Assembly: GCA_041568335.1 (NCBI GenBank)
Contig: JBFFZZ010000001.1
Location: forward strand, 1 to 47,208
Length of the DNA: 47,208 bases
Reading direction: 5' to 3'
From: Candidatus Polarisedimenticolaceae bacterium
Lineage (GTDB): Bacteria > Acidobacteriota > Polarisedimenticolia > Polarisedimenticolales > Polarisedimenticolaceae
In this document: one piece after another, positions 1 through 8,515 of the stretch
How the letters are laid out: each line of letters begins with the position of its first letter
How positions within the stretch are numbered: position 1 is the first letter of the stretch
The notes under the pieces: generated by a model
Database searches by the model: none
The model's input: the letters and a program-made list of their open reading frames with translations, nothing else
Told to the model about the DNA's origin: nothing
Made by a program: the position numbers and the translations under genes

Positions 1-1
1 C

Positions 2-1294
2 CGGTGGCGGGCTCGCATCGCCGAAGTCGTCCCCATCGACGTCTCTCATGCAGGCGGCGGGGTTGTTGTTCGGAGCCGCGCCGGGGAAGGTGGCGGCCGA
101 GCCGTCGTCACAATCGGTGTTGTCGCGCACGTGGTCGACCGGTTGCGGACACGAGGCGATGGAGACGTTCGGATCGCCGAACCCGTCGCCATCGGTGTCG
201 GCGTACCACAGCGTCCCCGGGTTGATCTCGATATCCGCGTCGTTGCAGTCGGTGTCAATACAGCTGTTGCCCGCGCCGCCAGGATCACCGTAGCCGTCCC
301 CGTCCGCATCCAGGCAACTGTCGTTGCAATCGATGAGCGCGTCGATATCGACATCGGTATCGCAATCGATGTTGCAAGTCGCGAGCCCGTCGTTGCAATC
401 GGTGTCGACGCATGTGTTGCCCGCGCCTCCGGCGCTACCGTACCCGTCCTCATCGATGTCGATACAGGTGTCGTTGCAGTCCAGCAGGGAGTCGCTGTCG
501 ACATCGGTTACGCAATCCGTCGTGCAGCTTCCGATCGTGTCATCGCAGTCCGAGGCGGTACAGGTGTTTCCGGCGCCCCCCGGCGAACCGAAGCCATCCC
601 CATCGCCGTCAATGCAGGTGTCCAGGCAGTCGATGATCGTGTCGGTGTCGAGATCGGAGACACAGTCGGCGTTGCACGTCGCGATCGCGTCGTCACAATC
701 GGTCGCCGTGCACGTATTGCCGGCGCCGCCCGGCTCGCCGTAGTTGTCGCCGTCGGCGTCGAGACAGCCGTCGGCACAGTCGATCACCGAATCCGCATCG
801 GTGTCCGTGGTGCAGTCGGTCGTGCAGCTTCCGATCGAGTCGTCACAGTCGGTCGCGGTGCACGTGTCTCCGGCGCCGCCGGCGACGCCGTAATTGTCGC
901 CATCCGCGTCGAGACAGGTGTCCTCGCAATCCTGGGTCGCATCCGCGTCCAGGTCGACCCCGCAATCCAGGAAGCAAGTGGCGATCGTGTCGTCACAGTC
1001 GGGCGCCGTGCAGCTGTTTCCGGCCCCGCCGGCGAGCCCGTAGCCGTCGCCGTCCGCATCGACGCAGGTGTCGAGGCAATCGATGATGGTGTCGGCATCC
1101 AGGTCGGCGACGCAGTCGATGGCGCAGGTCGGCAGCGAGTCGTCACAGTCCGTCGTGAGGCACGTGTTGCCGCCGCCCCCGGCGTTGCCGTAGCCGTCGC
1201 CATCGACATCGATGCAGGTATCGTCGCAGTCCTCGAGGCCGTCGGAGTCGACATCGGTGAGGCAGTCGGTCGTGCAACCCGCGGCGTTGTCGTT
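2..1294 (-). pseudogene. Stop-free in-frame continuation (431 codons, runs off the window start) of the 1295..4909 gene. It encodes further 50-aa Cys-rich DGDGYG repeats (MopE-like putative metal-binding motif). It is either a 3' part severed by a nonsense change or sequencing error, or is translated by TGA recoding.
   Basis: Manual translation of the minus frame with codons at positions p=2 mod 3. It reads NDNAAGCTTDCLTDVDSDGLEDCDDTCIDVDGDGYGNAGGGGNTC... through ...CLDADGDGYGDPGGAGNSCIDTDCND...DVDGDDFGDASPPP with no stop and no frame break. The ORF track omits it because it has no stop inside the window. The repeat signature is the same as in the last 28 aa of the upstream ORF. Confidence 0.6.
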
Positions 1295-1390
1295 TCAATC
1301 GGACGCGACACAGGTGTCGCCAGCCGCCCCCGCGACGCCGTAGCCGTCGCGGTCGACGTCCTCGCAGGTGTCGCAGACGTCGCCGACACC
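238..1390 (-). repeat. Coding tandem array with an exact 150-bp period and 8 phased units (50 aa, 6 Cys per unit).
   Basis: The anchor ccg[ta]a[ag/cc/tt].. (complement of the GYG/NYG codons) starts at 288, 438, 588, 738, 888, 1038, 1188 and 1338. All spacings are exactly 150 nt. Unit consensus: DC.DTC.D.DGDGYG..GGAGNTC...DCDD.I..C..DC..D.D.D..I. Confidence 0.9.
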
Positions 1391-4300
1391 GTCACCGTCA
1401 CCGTCGAGCTGGCCGGCGTTGGGATCGATCGGGCAGTTGTCGACGTCACCGCAGTGACCGTCGCCGTCGAGATCGTCGTTCGGGTCGTTGGGGCATGGGT
1501 CGCACGCATCGCCGTTGGCGTCGCCGTCGGCGTTCAGCTGGTCCTGATTGGGCGTTCCGGGACAGTTGTCGAACGCGTCGGGCACACCATCCCCGTCGCC
1601 GTCGTTGCCTTCGCAGGCGTCGCCGGTTCCGTTCATGTCGGTATCGGCCTGATCCGGGTTGCTGACCGCGATGCAGTTGTCGCAGACGTCGCCGACGAAG
1701 TCCTTGTCGAGGTCGGCGCACTCCGTGCTCGCCATCGTCGGGCACATGTCGATCAGATCGGGGATCCCGTCGAAATCGGTGTCGGAGTTACCGGGCACGC
1801 ACGGCGTGGGAGGAATCCGCGGCAAGCCTCCGGTGCCGGTTGAAAGGTTGGTCGTCCCGCAGCCGTTCACTCCACCGGCCAGGTAGAAATAGGCGCGGCC
1901 GCTCAGGGGAAGGTCGGAATCGATGCTCTGCCCCGCCGTGTTCTCGGTATCGAAGCAGAGCAACGTGTCCAGCAGCGGCGAGCCGGCGCCGATCTCACCG
2001 CGGTAGACGTTGGCCGTCGACGCTTGACCCAGAGGCCATTCCAAAACGGCGTCCGCCACGAGACCCTTGTCCGCCGTCAGGACCGGCGGGGAGATCGGAT
2101 GCGCGACCCCACATACCAGCGGCTCGCAGTCCGTCCCATCCTCGACACCATCGTTGTCATCGTCCACGTCGCACGCATCGCCGTCGCCGTCACCGTCGTT
2201 GTCTTCCTGGAGCGGGTTCGCGACGAGCGGGCAGTTGTCGTCCTGATCGAAGACACCGTCTTCGTCGGTATCGGCGAGGGCATCGCATGCATCCCCTATG
2301 CCGTCGCCATCGGTGTCCGTCTGATCCAGGTTGGGGATATCGGGACAGTTGTCGACGTTGCCGCAGATCGTGTCCCCGTCGATGTCGTTGGCGGGGTCCA
2401 GCGGGCACGCGTCGCAGGCGTCTCCCAGCGTGTCGAGATCGACGTCACTCTGCTCGAAGTTCGGCGTGGTCGGACAGTTGTCGACGTCCCCGCAGGCTCC
2501 GTCGGTATCGACGTCGTTCAATGGATCGAACGGGCAGAGGTCACAGATGTCGCCCTCGAGGTCTCCATCGGCGTTTTCCTGAAGCGGGTTGACACGCTTA
2601 AAGCAGTTGTCGCAGTGGTTGCCGAGCCCGTCGCCATCATTGTCGACCTGGCTGTTGTTGTTAATCGTGGGGCAGTTGTCGCAGGCGTCCCCGTAAGAGT
2701 CCGTATCGCTGTTGACCTGCATCGGGTTCGGGATCAGGTCGCAGTTGTCGTCGCTTTCGCAAACCCCGTCTCCGTCCTCATCGTTTTCGGGGTCCCCGGG
2801 ACACGGGTCACAGACGGACCCGATGCCGTCCTGATCGGGGTCCTGTTGATTCGAGTTCGCGATCGTCGGGCAGTTGTCGACGTCGCCGCAATCGCCGTCT
2901 CCGTCGATGTCGTTGTCGGGGTCGTTCGGACAGCTGTCGCAGGCGTCGCCCAGACCATCCGAATCGGTGTCCGTCTGGGCCGGATTCGGGGTGTTATCGC
3001 AGTTGTCGTCGATGTCGCAGACACCGTCGCCGTCGCTGTCGCCGTCGCAGAAGTCCTTGTACATCGTGAAGTAGTCCCGGACCGTGCCCGTGCTGTCCAG
3101 GAACGTCACATCCAGTCGGTTGGCGTCGACATCGAGGATCACCGACCCGAGCGTGTTCGTGGAGAAATACATGACCGGGTGGTTCAGCGGACCGCCGCTG
3201 AGCTTCCCGGCATTGCCGGCGACGGTATGGACGATCCCGGTGCGCGGATCCGGGCCTAGGATGTCCTTCATGTAGGCACCGGTTCCGTCCAGTTTGCCGT
3301 CGCCGGGATCGAGCATCATGGACGACATGAACGTGCTCGAATGCCCGTAGTGGCCATCGATCAGGAAAGAGCGCTCGTAGCTGTGGCTGTGGCCGGTAAA
3401 CGTGAGGTCGACGCCGCGGTCGTCCAGGATCGGAACCGCGTTCTGGCGCATGTCGACCAGTCTTCCCTCGGTGTCCGAATCGTGGCTGCCCTTGCTGTAG
3501 GGCGGGTGGTGCCAGAAACAGACGATCCAATCCTGCGTCGTGTTGGCCAGGTCGAGATCGAGCCACGACATCATCAACCCGCCCGGCGAACGGTCAGTCT
3601 CGTGCGAATCCAGCACGCAGAAGTGGATGTTGCCGTAGTCGAACGAGTAGTACGCCTCCGTACCCGAGGCCACTCCACCGGCCTCGGCCCCCGTCGGAAG
3701 GGAGAAGATGTCGTAGTAGGCCCCCGATTGAGTCGAGGATTGCGCGGTGACCCCGTCGTGGTTTCCGAGCGTGGGCCAGAGCACCGTCTTGTTCAGGATG
3801 TCGGGGTAGATATCGAAGAGCTTGTTCTGGTACTCGAGGTCGGTTCCGGAGTCGTACGCGTTGTCGCCGAGCATCAGCCAAAGGTCCGGCGGGACACCCC
3901 CGGTATACGTGGTGAAGGCGTTGCGGACCGCGATCGCGTTGGCATCCCCGGTGCCCGAATCCCCGATGATCCAGACGCGCGTCGGTTTGGACACTCCGGT
4001 GAGTGGCGCGGTGACGAAGCGGTGGTCCGCGTCCCCGCCGGCCAGCCGCAACGAAGTCGTTCCGACCGCGTAGTAGTAGGTCGTGTCGTCGTTCAGGAAG
4101 GGGACGGTGACGATGTGCTCGGTGGTGAGTGTCGGGTCGGTGACCGCCGGCGCGAGGCTCGCCGGGGAGGCGCCGATCTCGACGACGCTGTCGGCCGGAA
4201 TGCTCGTCCTCCAGCGGACGACGACGCTGTCCGACGTCCCCATCTGGAGGTAGGGTCCCCGGGTGATCGTGAGCTCTTTGTTGATCGTCAGGTTGGGGAC

Positions 4301-4909
4301 GAGAACCAGGTCACTGGAGATCGATGCGGTGTTCCAGACACCGATGGCGAGAACGTTCGTCCCGTTCTGGAGCGCGGGGATGCCGGGACCGGAAACATCC
4401 AGGAAGTCGTACGTCGGGATCGGGCCGTTGCTCGATTCGTGATCCGAGGCGGGAGTGTCCCAGGCGACGGCTCCACCGGGCATGGAGGCCGATCGAAAGA
4501 CCTCGACTCCGTTGATCCACGCGACGTAACCGTCGTCGTAATCGGCGCCGAGGAAGAGGTTGTCGACGGTGCTCACATCCGCGACGTTGAAGGTGGTGCG
4601 CGTGAAGACGGAGAGGCTCCCCGTGGGCACCGCCGTCGAGATCAGATTCTGCGCGCCGGTCTGACCTTCATAACCGACGCCGTAGTTGCCGAGCTGCCAG
4701 GAAGAGTCATCGAAACCCGGCGTCGTCCAGGCCATCCCGATGCCGGGATCGGACGAGTTCGCGAGGTAGGTGCAGCCGGAACCGCCCTGGACGACGACCG
4801 TCTCCTGGGCCGGGGTGGGCGTCGTCGCGATGCTCAAGACCGCCACGGCGGCGAGCGCCGTCAAGAAACAACGACCCTGCAAGGAGTCGGCCACTCCCGG
4901 CCTCCCCAA
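1295..4909 (-). CDS. Large secreted protein: N-terminal beta-sandwich region, purple-acid-phosphatase-like metallophosphoesterase, about 16 thrombospondin type-3 (Ca-binding) repeats, and the start of the Cys-rich DGDGYG array.
   Basis: 1204-aa ORF with a signal-like segment FLTALAAVAVLSIATTPTPAQE. Ordered metallophosphoesterase blocks are present: VWIIGDSGTGD, LMLGDNAY, TLGNHD, CVLDSHE, WHHPPYSKGSHDSD, FTGHSHSYERS. Repeated DxDxDGxGDxCDNCPxxxNxxQ units run from ~nt 3050 down to ~1400. The ORF ends at TGA 1295-1297. Confidence 0.85.
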   Translation of the reverse strand: MGRPGVADSLQGRCFLTALAAVAVLSIATTPTPAQETVVVQGGSGCTYLANSSDPGIGMAWTTPGFDDSSWQLGNYGVGYEGQTGAQNLISTAVPTGSLSVFTRTTFNVADVSTVDNLFLGADYDDGYVAWINGVEVFRSASMPGGAVAWDTPASDHESSNGPIPTYDFLDVSGPGIPALQNGTNVLAIGVWNTASISSDLVLVPNLTINKELTITRGPYLQMGTSDSVVVRWRTSIPADSVVEIGASPASLAPAVTDPTLTTEHIVTVPFLNDDTTYYYAVGTTSLRLAGGDADHRFVTAPLTGVSKPTRVWIIGDSGTGDANAIAVRNAFTTYTGGVPPDLWLMLGDNAYDSGTDLEYQNKLFDIYPDILNKTVLWPTLGNHDGVTAQSSTQSGAYYDIFSLPTGAEAGGVASGTEAYYSFDYGNIHFCVLDSHETDRSPGGLMMSWLDLDLANTTQDWIVCFWHHPPYSKGSHDSDTEGRLVDMRQNAVPILDDRGVDLTFTGHSHSYERSFLIDGHYGHSSTFMSSMMLDPGDGKLDGTGAYMKDILGPDPRTGIVHTVAGNAGKLSGGPLNHPVMYFSTNTLGSVILDVDANRLDVTFLDSTGTVRDYFTMYKDFCDGDSDGDGVCDIDDNCDNTPNPAQTDTDSDGLGDACDSCPNDPDNDIDGDGDCGDVDNCPTIANSNQQDPDQDGIGSVCDPCPGDPENDEDGDGVCESDDNCDLIPNPMQVNSDTDSYGDACDNCPTINNNSQVDNDGDGLGNHCDNCFKRVNPLQENADGDLEGDICDLCPFDPLNDVDTDGACGDVDNCPTTPNFEQSDVDLDTLGDACDACPLDPANDIDGDTICGNVDNCPDIPNLDQTDTDGDGIGDACDALADTDEDGVFDQDDNCPLVANPLQEDNDGDGDGDACDVDDDNDGVEDGTDCEPLVCGVAHPISPPVLTADKGLVADAVLEWPLGQASTANVYRGEIGAGSPLLDTLLCFDTENTAGQSIDSDLPLSGRAYFYLAGGVNGCGTTNLSTGTGGLPRIPPTPCVPGNSDTDFDGIPDLIDMCPTMASTECADLDKDFVGDVCDNCIAVSNPDQADTDMNGTGDACEGNDGDGDGVPDAFDNCPGTPNQDQLNADGDANGDACDPCPNDPNDDLDGDGHCGDVDNCPIDPNAGQLDGDGDGVGDVCDTCEDVDRDGYGVAGAAGDTCVASD

Positions 4910-5193
4910 AGGAAGCGTCGATGTCGATCCGTGGCGCGCGGTGTGACCGCGCCGGAACTGGCCCCAAATCGGACGTCGTCGAACCCGTACCTGGCCAAAC
5001 GGGCGGATCGCGCCTCCCCGGGCCAGGCGGGATCCGGATCCGCTCTTATCCGTCTTTACATACCATTAAGCGCGCCCAAAAAGAACCGCCTTGTCTTCAG
5101 ATCGGGTGGGGGCAAGCAGAATCGCCTCGAAAACGACCCGTTGTCGACCGTCCGGGTCCGGGCCGTTGTGGTATCGTCCCGTTTTTCGCCTGC

Positions 5194-5270
5194 AGGGGAG
5201 TAGCTCAATTAGGCAGAGCGCCGGTCTCCAAAACCGAAGGTTGCAGGTTCGATTCCTGTCTCCCCTGCCA
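5194..5270 (+). tRNA. trnW: tRNA-Trp (anticodon CCA) with an encoded 3' CCA.
   Basis: Cloverleaf by eye: acceptor AGGGGAG/CTCCCCT, D-arm GCTC-aattaggca-GAGC, anticodon loop CT-CCA-AA, T-arm GCAGG-TTCGATT-CCTGT, discriminator G, CCA at 5268-5270. Confidence 0.9.
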
Positions 5271-5277
5271 ATTCGCA

Positions 5278-7191
5278 CTACTTCCGTCTCAGTTCCTCGA
5301 CACGTTGCCGCGCCACGGCGGCACCGTGGGAGTCACCGATCTCGCGCAGCACGTTCGCGTTGAACTCCCACACGTCGACGCCGTCGGGATCGAGCCGCGC
5401 GGCGGCGCGGGCGAGCTCCGCCGCCTCCTGCATCCGTCCGGTCGCCGCGAGGGACATGCCGACGTTCACGTGGTAGGTGACGTTCCACGGCTCCAGGTCC
5501 AGCGCGCGCCGGTAAAGCTCAAGCGCACCCGTGGCATCGCCCGATCCGAACAGGACGCGGCCGCGCTCCGCCAGCGCCATCGCGGTGTCCGGAGCACCGG
5601 CCAGGAGCCGGTCGAACATCTCCAACGCCTTGGCGTCGTCCTTCTTGGCATAGTGGTACTGGCCCAACGCGAACAGCGCGTCGCGGTGTCCGGGGTCGTG
5701 GCTCAACACGGCCTCGAACTGTTCGGTGGATTCGGCGAAACGTCGCTCGGTCAGCAGCAGTTTGCCGTAGTAGTAACGCGAGTCCGCGGTGTCGTAGCCC
5801 CGCTCGATCGCGTCGGCGTAGAGCCGCAGCGCCTCGGCGTTCATCCCCGGCCGCTCACGGAGCGGAGCTGAATCGGTCATCTGCGTCAGCGCCCGGGCCC
5901 GGTAGTACGCCTGCTGCCCGCTCGGCAGCGTCGCGTAGCGCTCGGGGAAGATCGGCTCGATCTCGACGTTCTCCCGATGGTCCGGGTGCTCGATCGCGAT
6001 GTCCTTCCGGACCCAGTGATCGGTGAACTCGGTGAAGCGCTGGTCGTCGGGCTCGGCCCGTCGCATGTGGCACGACACGCAGTCGTTTCCCGCGGATTCA
6101 CGGGCCCCGTGGGTCTCGCCGCAGTCCTCGAGCTCGTGGCAGGTCAGGCAGGCGCGCGTGACGTGGTCCTCGGGTTGCTCGACGACGGGGACGTGCGGGT
6201 CGTGGCAGGTGAGGCACTCGAGCTTCCCGCCGGACTCGGTGTAGCAGGCGCTGAGGATCATGCGGTCCGCCTGGGACGACAGGCCGAAGTCGAATTCCGT
6301 CTGCACGGCGAATCGGAACGGGACGAAGATCGCCGAGATCGGCTCGCCGGGGCGGAACGAGGTCATTTCCCGGTCGTGGCGGATGATCCGCTCGGTCTGA
6401 TTGGCGTCCCCGAGGTGGCACTGGAAGCAGACCTCCCGGCGCTCGGCCGCCGGGAGCAAGGCCGGGTTGACGATCGTCGGATCCTGTCCCTTGCCCAGGC
6501 CCTCTCCCGAGCTCCAGCGCGCGACGTGCGCCTCGCCCGGTCCGTGGCAGCGCTCGCAACCGATCCCGTGCGGGTAGGGTTGCTCGAAGATGTTCCGCCG
6601 GCCCTCGACCGCTCGCATCACGCCGTTGTGGCAGAACATGCAGCTCTGGGTCGTTTCGCGCGTGAAGTGCTCGTTGGCCAGCTCGTAACCGGGGCACAGC
6701 GCCCAACGATCTCCCTGCGGGTACCAGCAGGCGGGCGCCTGGAACAGCTTGCCCTCGCGTTCGATCAGGTAGGCGCGGTTGTGGTTGTTGGAGCCGACGA
6801 CCCAGATCAGCTCGTGCTCCTCCATGGCGAGCGGCTGCCCCGATCCGTCCGCGACGTATTCCTGCATGAAGTAGCGGTCGTCGCGCTCGAACATCCGGTA
6901 GGTCATGCCGCCCTCGGTGAACTCGGGTGAGCCGTCGAACTCACCCACCGTCGTTTCGGCGTTCAGGGGGCGGAAGGAGCGGCCCATCCCGGTGCGCGCA
7001 TAGCTGTTGTAGATCGCCAGATGACAGTCCCGGCAGGCTTCGCGGCCGACGTAGGCGACCGCGGGATCGTGGTTGACGAACGCGGGCGCGTCCGCCGGGA
7101 TCGCGTCGACCGCCGGGTCCTGCGGCGGCGAGCCGGCGCAACCGGCGAGGATCAGGACGCTCGAGAGGGCGATCGGAACGAGTTTCTTCAC
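5278..7191 (-). CDS. Heptahaem c-type cytochrome lipoprotein with a C-terminal TPR domain.
   Basis: Seven CxxCH motifs: CRDCH, CMFCH, CERCH, CFQCH, CLTCH, CLTCH, CVSCH. The C-terminal ~200 aa consists of TPR-like helical repeats (YYYGKLLL..., ALFALGQYHY..., ALELYRRALDLEPWN...). A GTG at 7191 gives VKKLVPIALSSVLILAGC, a lipoprotein signal with lipobox. The track's ATG at 7326 would overlap the divergent thiolase start. Confidence 0.85.
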   Translation of the reverse strand: MKKLVPIALSSVLILAGCAGSPPQDPAVDAIPADAPAFVNHDPAVAYVGREACRDCHLAIYNSYARTGMGRSFRPLNAETTVGEFDGSPEFTEGGMTYRMFERDDRYFMQEYVADGSGQPLAMEEHELIWVVGSNNHNRAYLIEREGKLFQAPACWYPQGDRWALCPGYELANEHFTRETTQSCMFCHNGVMRAVEGRRNIFEQPYPHGIGCERCHGPGEAHVARWSSGEGLGKGQDPTIVNPALLPAAERREVCFQCHLGDANQTERIIRHDREMTSFRPGEPISAIFVPFRFAVQTEFDFGLSSQADRMILSACYTESGGKLECLTCHDPHVPVVEQPEDHVTRACLTCHELEDCGETHGARESAGNDCVSCHMRRAEPDDQRFTEFTDHWVRKDIAIEHPDHRENVEIEPIFPERYATLPSGQQAYYRARALTQMTDSAPLRERPGMNAEALRLYADAIERGYDTADSRYYYGKLLLTERRFAESTEQFEAVLSHDPGHRDALFALGQYHYAKKDDAKALEMFDRLLAGAPDTAMALAERGRVLFGSGDATGALELYRRALDLEPWNVTYHVNVGMSLAATGRMQEAAELARAAARLDPDGVDVWEFNANVLREIGDSHGAAVARQRVEELRRK

Positions 7192-7309
7192 CCGGGAAAT
7201 ATACCGCGCCCCAAGGCGGTCTGGCCTGGACGGACGGCGGCCCCGGGCCGGCCCGGCTGCTAAACTGACGGCATCCTTCGTTCCCGAAAATCCACTGGAG
7301 CTCAGCCCG

Positions 7310-8512
7310 ATGCGTTTTGAAAACACCTACATCCCGTACGGAGCTTACTGGTCCACGCCGTTCTGCAAGTGGCAGGGCAGCCTGTCGACGATCAACGCCC
7401 TGCACGTCGCCGCGCAGGCCGCACGCAAGGCGTTTGCCGAGCGTGACCTGGCGCCCGACACGTTCGACGCGATCGTGCTCGGCATGACGGTGCCGCAAAA
7501 GAGCACGCTCTACGGTGGGCCGTGGCTCGCCGCCTTGATCGGCGCGGAAGGCATCACCGGCACGATGGTCTCGCAGGCGTGCGCGACCGGCGCGCGCGCG
7601 TTGGCCAGCGCGGCGGCCGAGATCGAGACCTCCGGGGATCACACCGTCCTCGCCGTCACGGCCGATCGTTGCAGCAACGGTCCCCACATCTACTACCCCA
7701 ATCCGGCGGGGCCGGGCGGCACCGGGGAAAAAGAAGACGTCGTGATGGACAGCTTCGGCAACGACCCGTGGGCCCGCAACTCGATGTTGCAGACCGCGGA
7801 GAACGTCGCCGCGGAGTCCGGGATCACGCGCGAGGAGCAGGACTCGCTCACCTTGCGCCGCTACGAGCAATACCAAGATGCGCTCGCCGACGGCCGCGCG
7901 TTCCAGAAGCGCTACATGCTCACCCCGTTCGAGGTCAAGGACGCGCGCGGCAAGAGGACTCTCGCCAACGTCGACACGGACGAGGGCGTCTTCGAGACAA
8001 CGGCGGAGGGTCTGGCCAAGCTGCGTCCCGTCATGCCGGACGGCACGGTGACCTTTGGCTCGCAGACCCACCCGGCCGACGGCAACTGCGGCGTCGTGTT
8101 GACGACGCGCGACAAGGCCAGGTCCCTTTCGCGTGGCGGCGATCTCGAGGTGCAGCTGCTTTCTTACGGCCAGGGTCGCGCGAGCAAGGGCTACATGGCC
8201 AAGGCGACGGTGCCTGCCGCGCGGGCCGCGCTCGATGCCGCCGGGTTGAAGGTCGGCGACATGAAAGCGATCAAGACCCACAACCCGTTTGCGGTCAACG
8301 ACCTGTACCTCGCGAAGGAGATCGGCATCGACGCCGACGGGTTCAACAACTACGGATCGTCGTTGATCTTCGGCCACCCGCAGGGTCCGACCGGCATGCG
8401 ACTCGTCATCGAGCTGATCGAGGAGCTGGCGCTGGCGGGCGGCGGTCACGGGTTGTTCACCGGCTGCGCCGCGGGCGACACCGCGGGAGCCGTCGTCGTC
8501 AAGGTCGGCTAG
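7310..8512 (+). CDS. Thiolase-family acetyl-CoA acyltransferase-like protein.
   Basis: ATG at 7310 preceded by GGAG (7297-7300). Nucleophile-Cys context VSQACATGARAL. C-terminal thiolase blocks NNYGSSLIFGHPQGPTGMRL and GLFTGCAAGDTAG. The track's upstream extension from 7073 lies antisense to the neighbouring gene. Confidence 0.85.
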   Translation: MRFENTYIPYGAYWSTPFCKWQGSLSTINALHVAAQAARKAFAERDLAPDTFDAIVLGMTVPQKSTLYGGPWLAALIGAEGITGTMVSQACATGARALASAAAEIETSGDHTVLAVTADRCSNGPHIYYPNPAGPGGTGEKEDVVMDSFGNDPWARNSMLQTAENVAAESGITREEQDSLTLRRYEQYQDALADGRAFQKRYMLTPFEVKDARGKRTLANVDTDEGVFETTAEGLAKLRPVMPDGTVTFGSQTHPADGNCGVVLTTRDKARSLSRGGDLEVQLLSYGQGRASKGYMAKATVPAARAALDAAGLKVGDMKAIKTHNPFAVNDLYLAKEIGIDADGFNNYGSSLIFGHPQGPTGMRLVIELIEELALAGGGHGLFTGCAAGDTAGAVVVKVG

Positions 8513-8515
8513 CGG

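Noticed and set aside
1235-1294. Selenocysteine insertion (SECIS) element 3' of the in-frame TGA.
   Set aside because: By eye I find only 3-4-bp pairings (for example GUCG/CGAC) and no extended stem-loop at the expected ~11-nt distance. No sel genes are in the window. It is kept only as a low-probability alternative within the TGA finding, because a proper SECIS search could not be run.
238-1390. The 150-bp array, and the 54-63-bp periodicity at 45378..45745, as possible CRISPR arrays.
   Set aside because: Both are in-frame coding repeats with diverged units and no unique spacers. No cas genes are present, and the unit length and structure are wrong for CRISPR.
131-5203. Long plus-strand ORFs 131..1843 (570 aa), 2024..3259 (411 aa) and 3341..5203 (620 aa).
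   Set aside because: They lie antisense to the well-supported repeat/phosphatase gene, and the first is in the same codon register. Their composition is dominated by Val/Ala/Arg/Gly/Asp with no motifs. 3341..5203 runs straight through tRNA-Trp. These are typical high-GC mirror ORFs.
5066-5278. A 70-aa minus-strand ORF, and the idea of a tRNA-linked genomic island at tRNA-Trp.
   Set aside because: The ORF overlaps the tRNA itself. No integrase was seen, and no obvious direct repeat of the tRNA 3' end was noticed nearby. I could not search the whole window exhaustively for short repeats.
6941-8449. A 502-aa minus-strand ORF, plus the 5' extensions of real genes in the track (7073, 7326, 19606, 20591, 26323, 42401, 42928).
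   Set aside because: The 502-aa ORF is antisense to the thiolase and is Arg/Gly/Pro-rich. The extensions overlap neighbouring genes, lack SDs, and push signal peptides or conserved N-termini far from the start. Internal starts with an SD or signal peptide were preferred.
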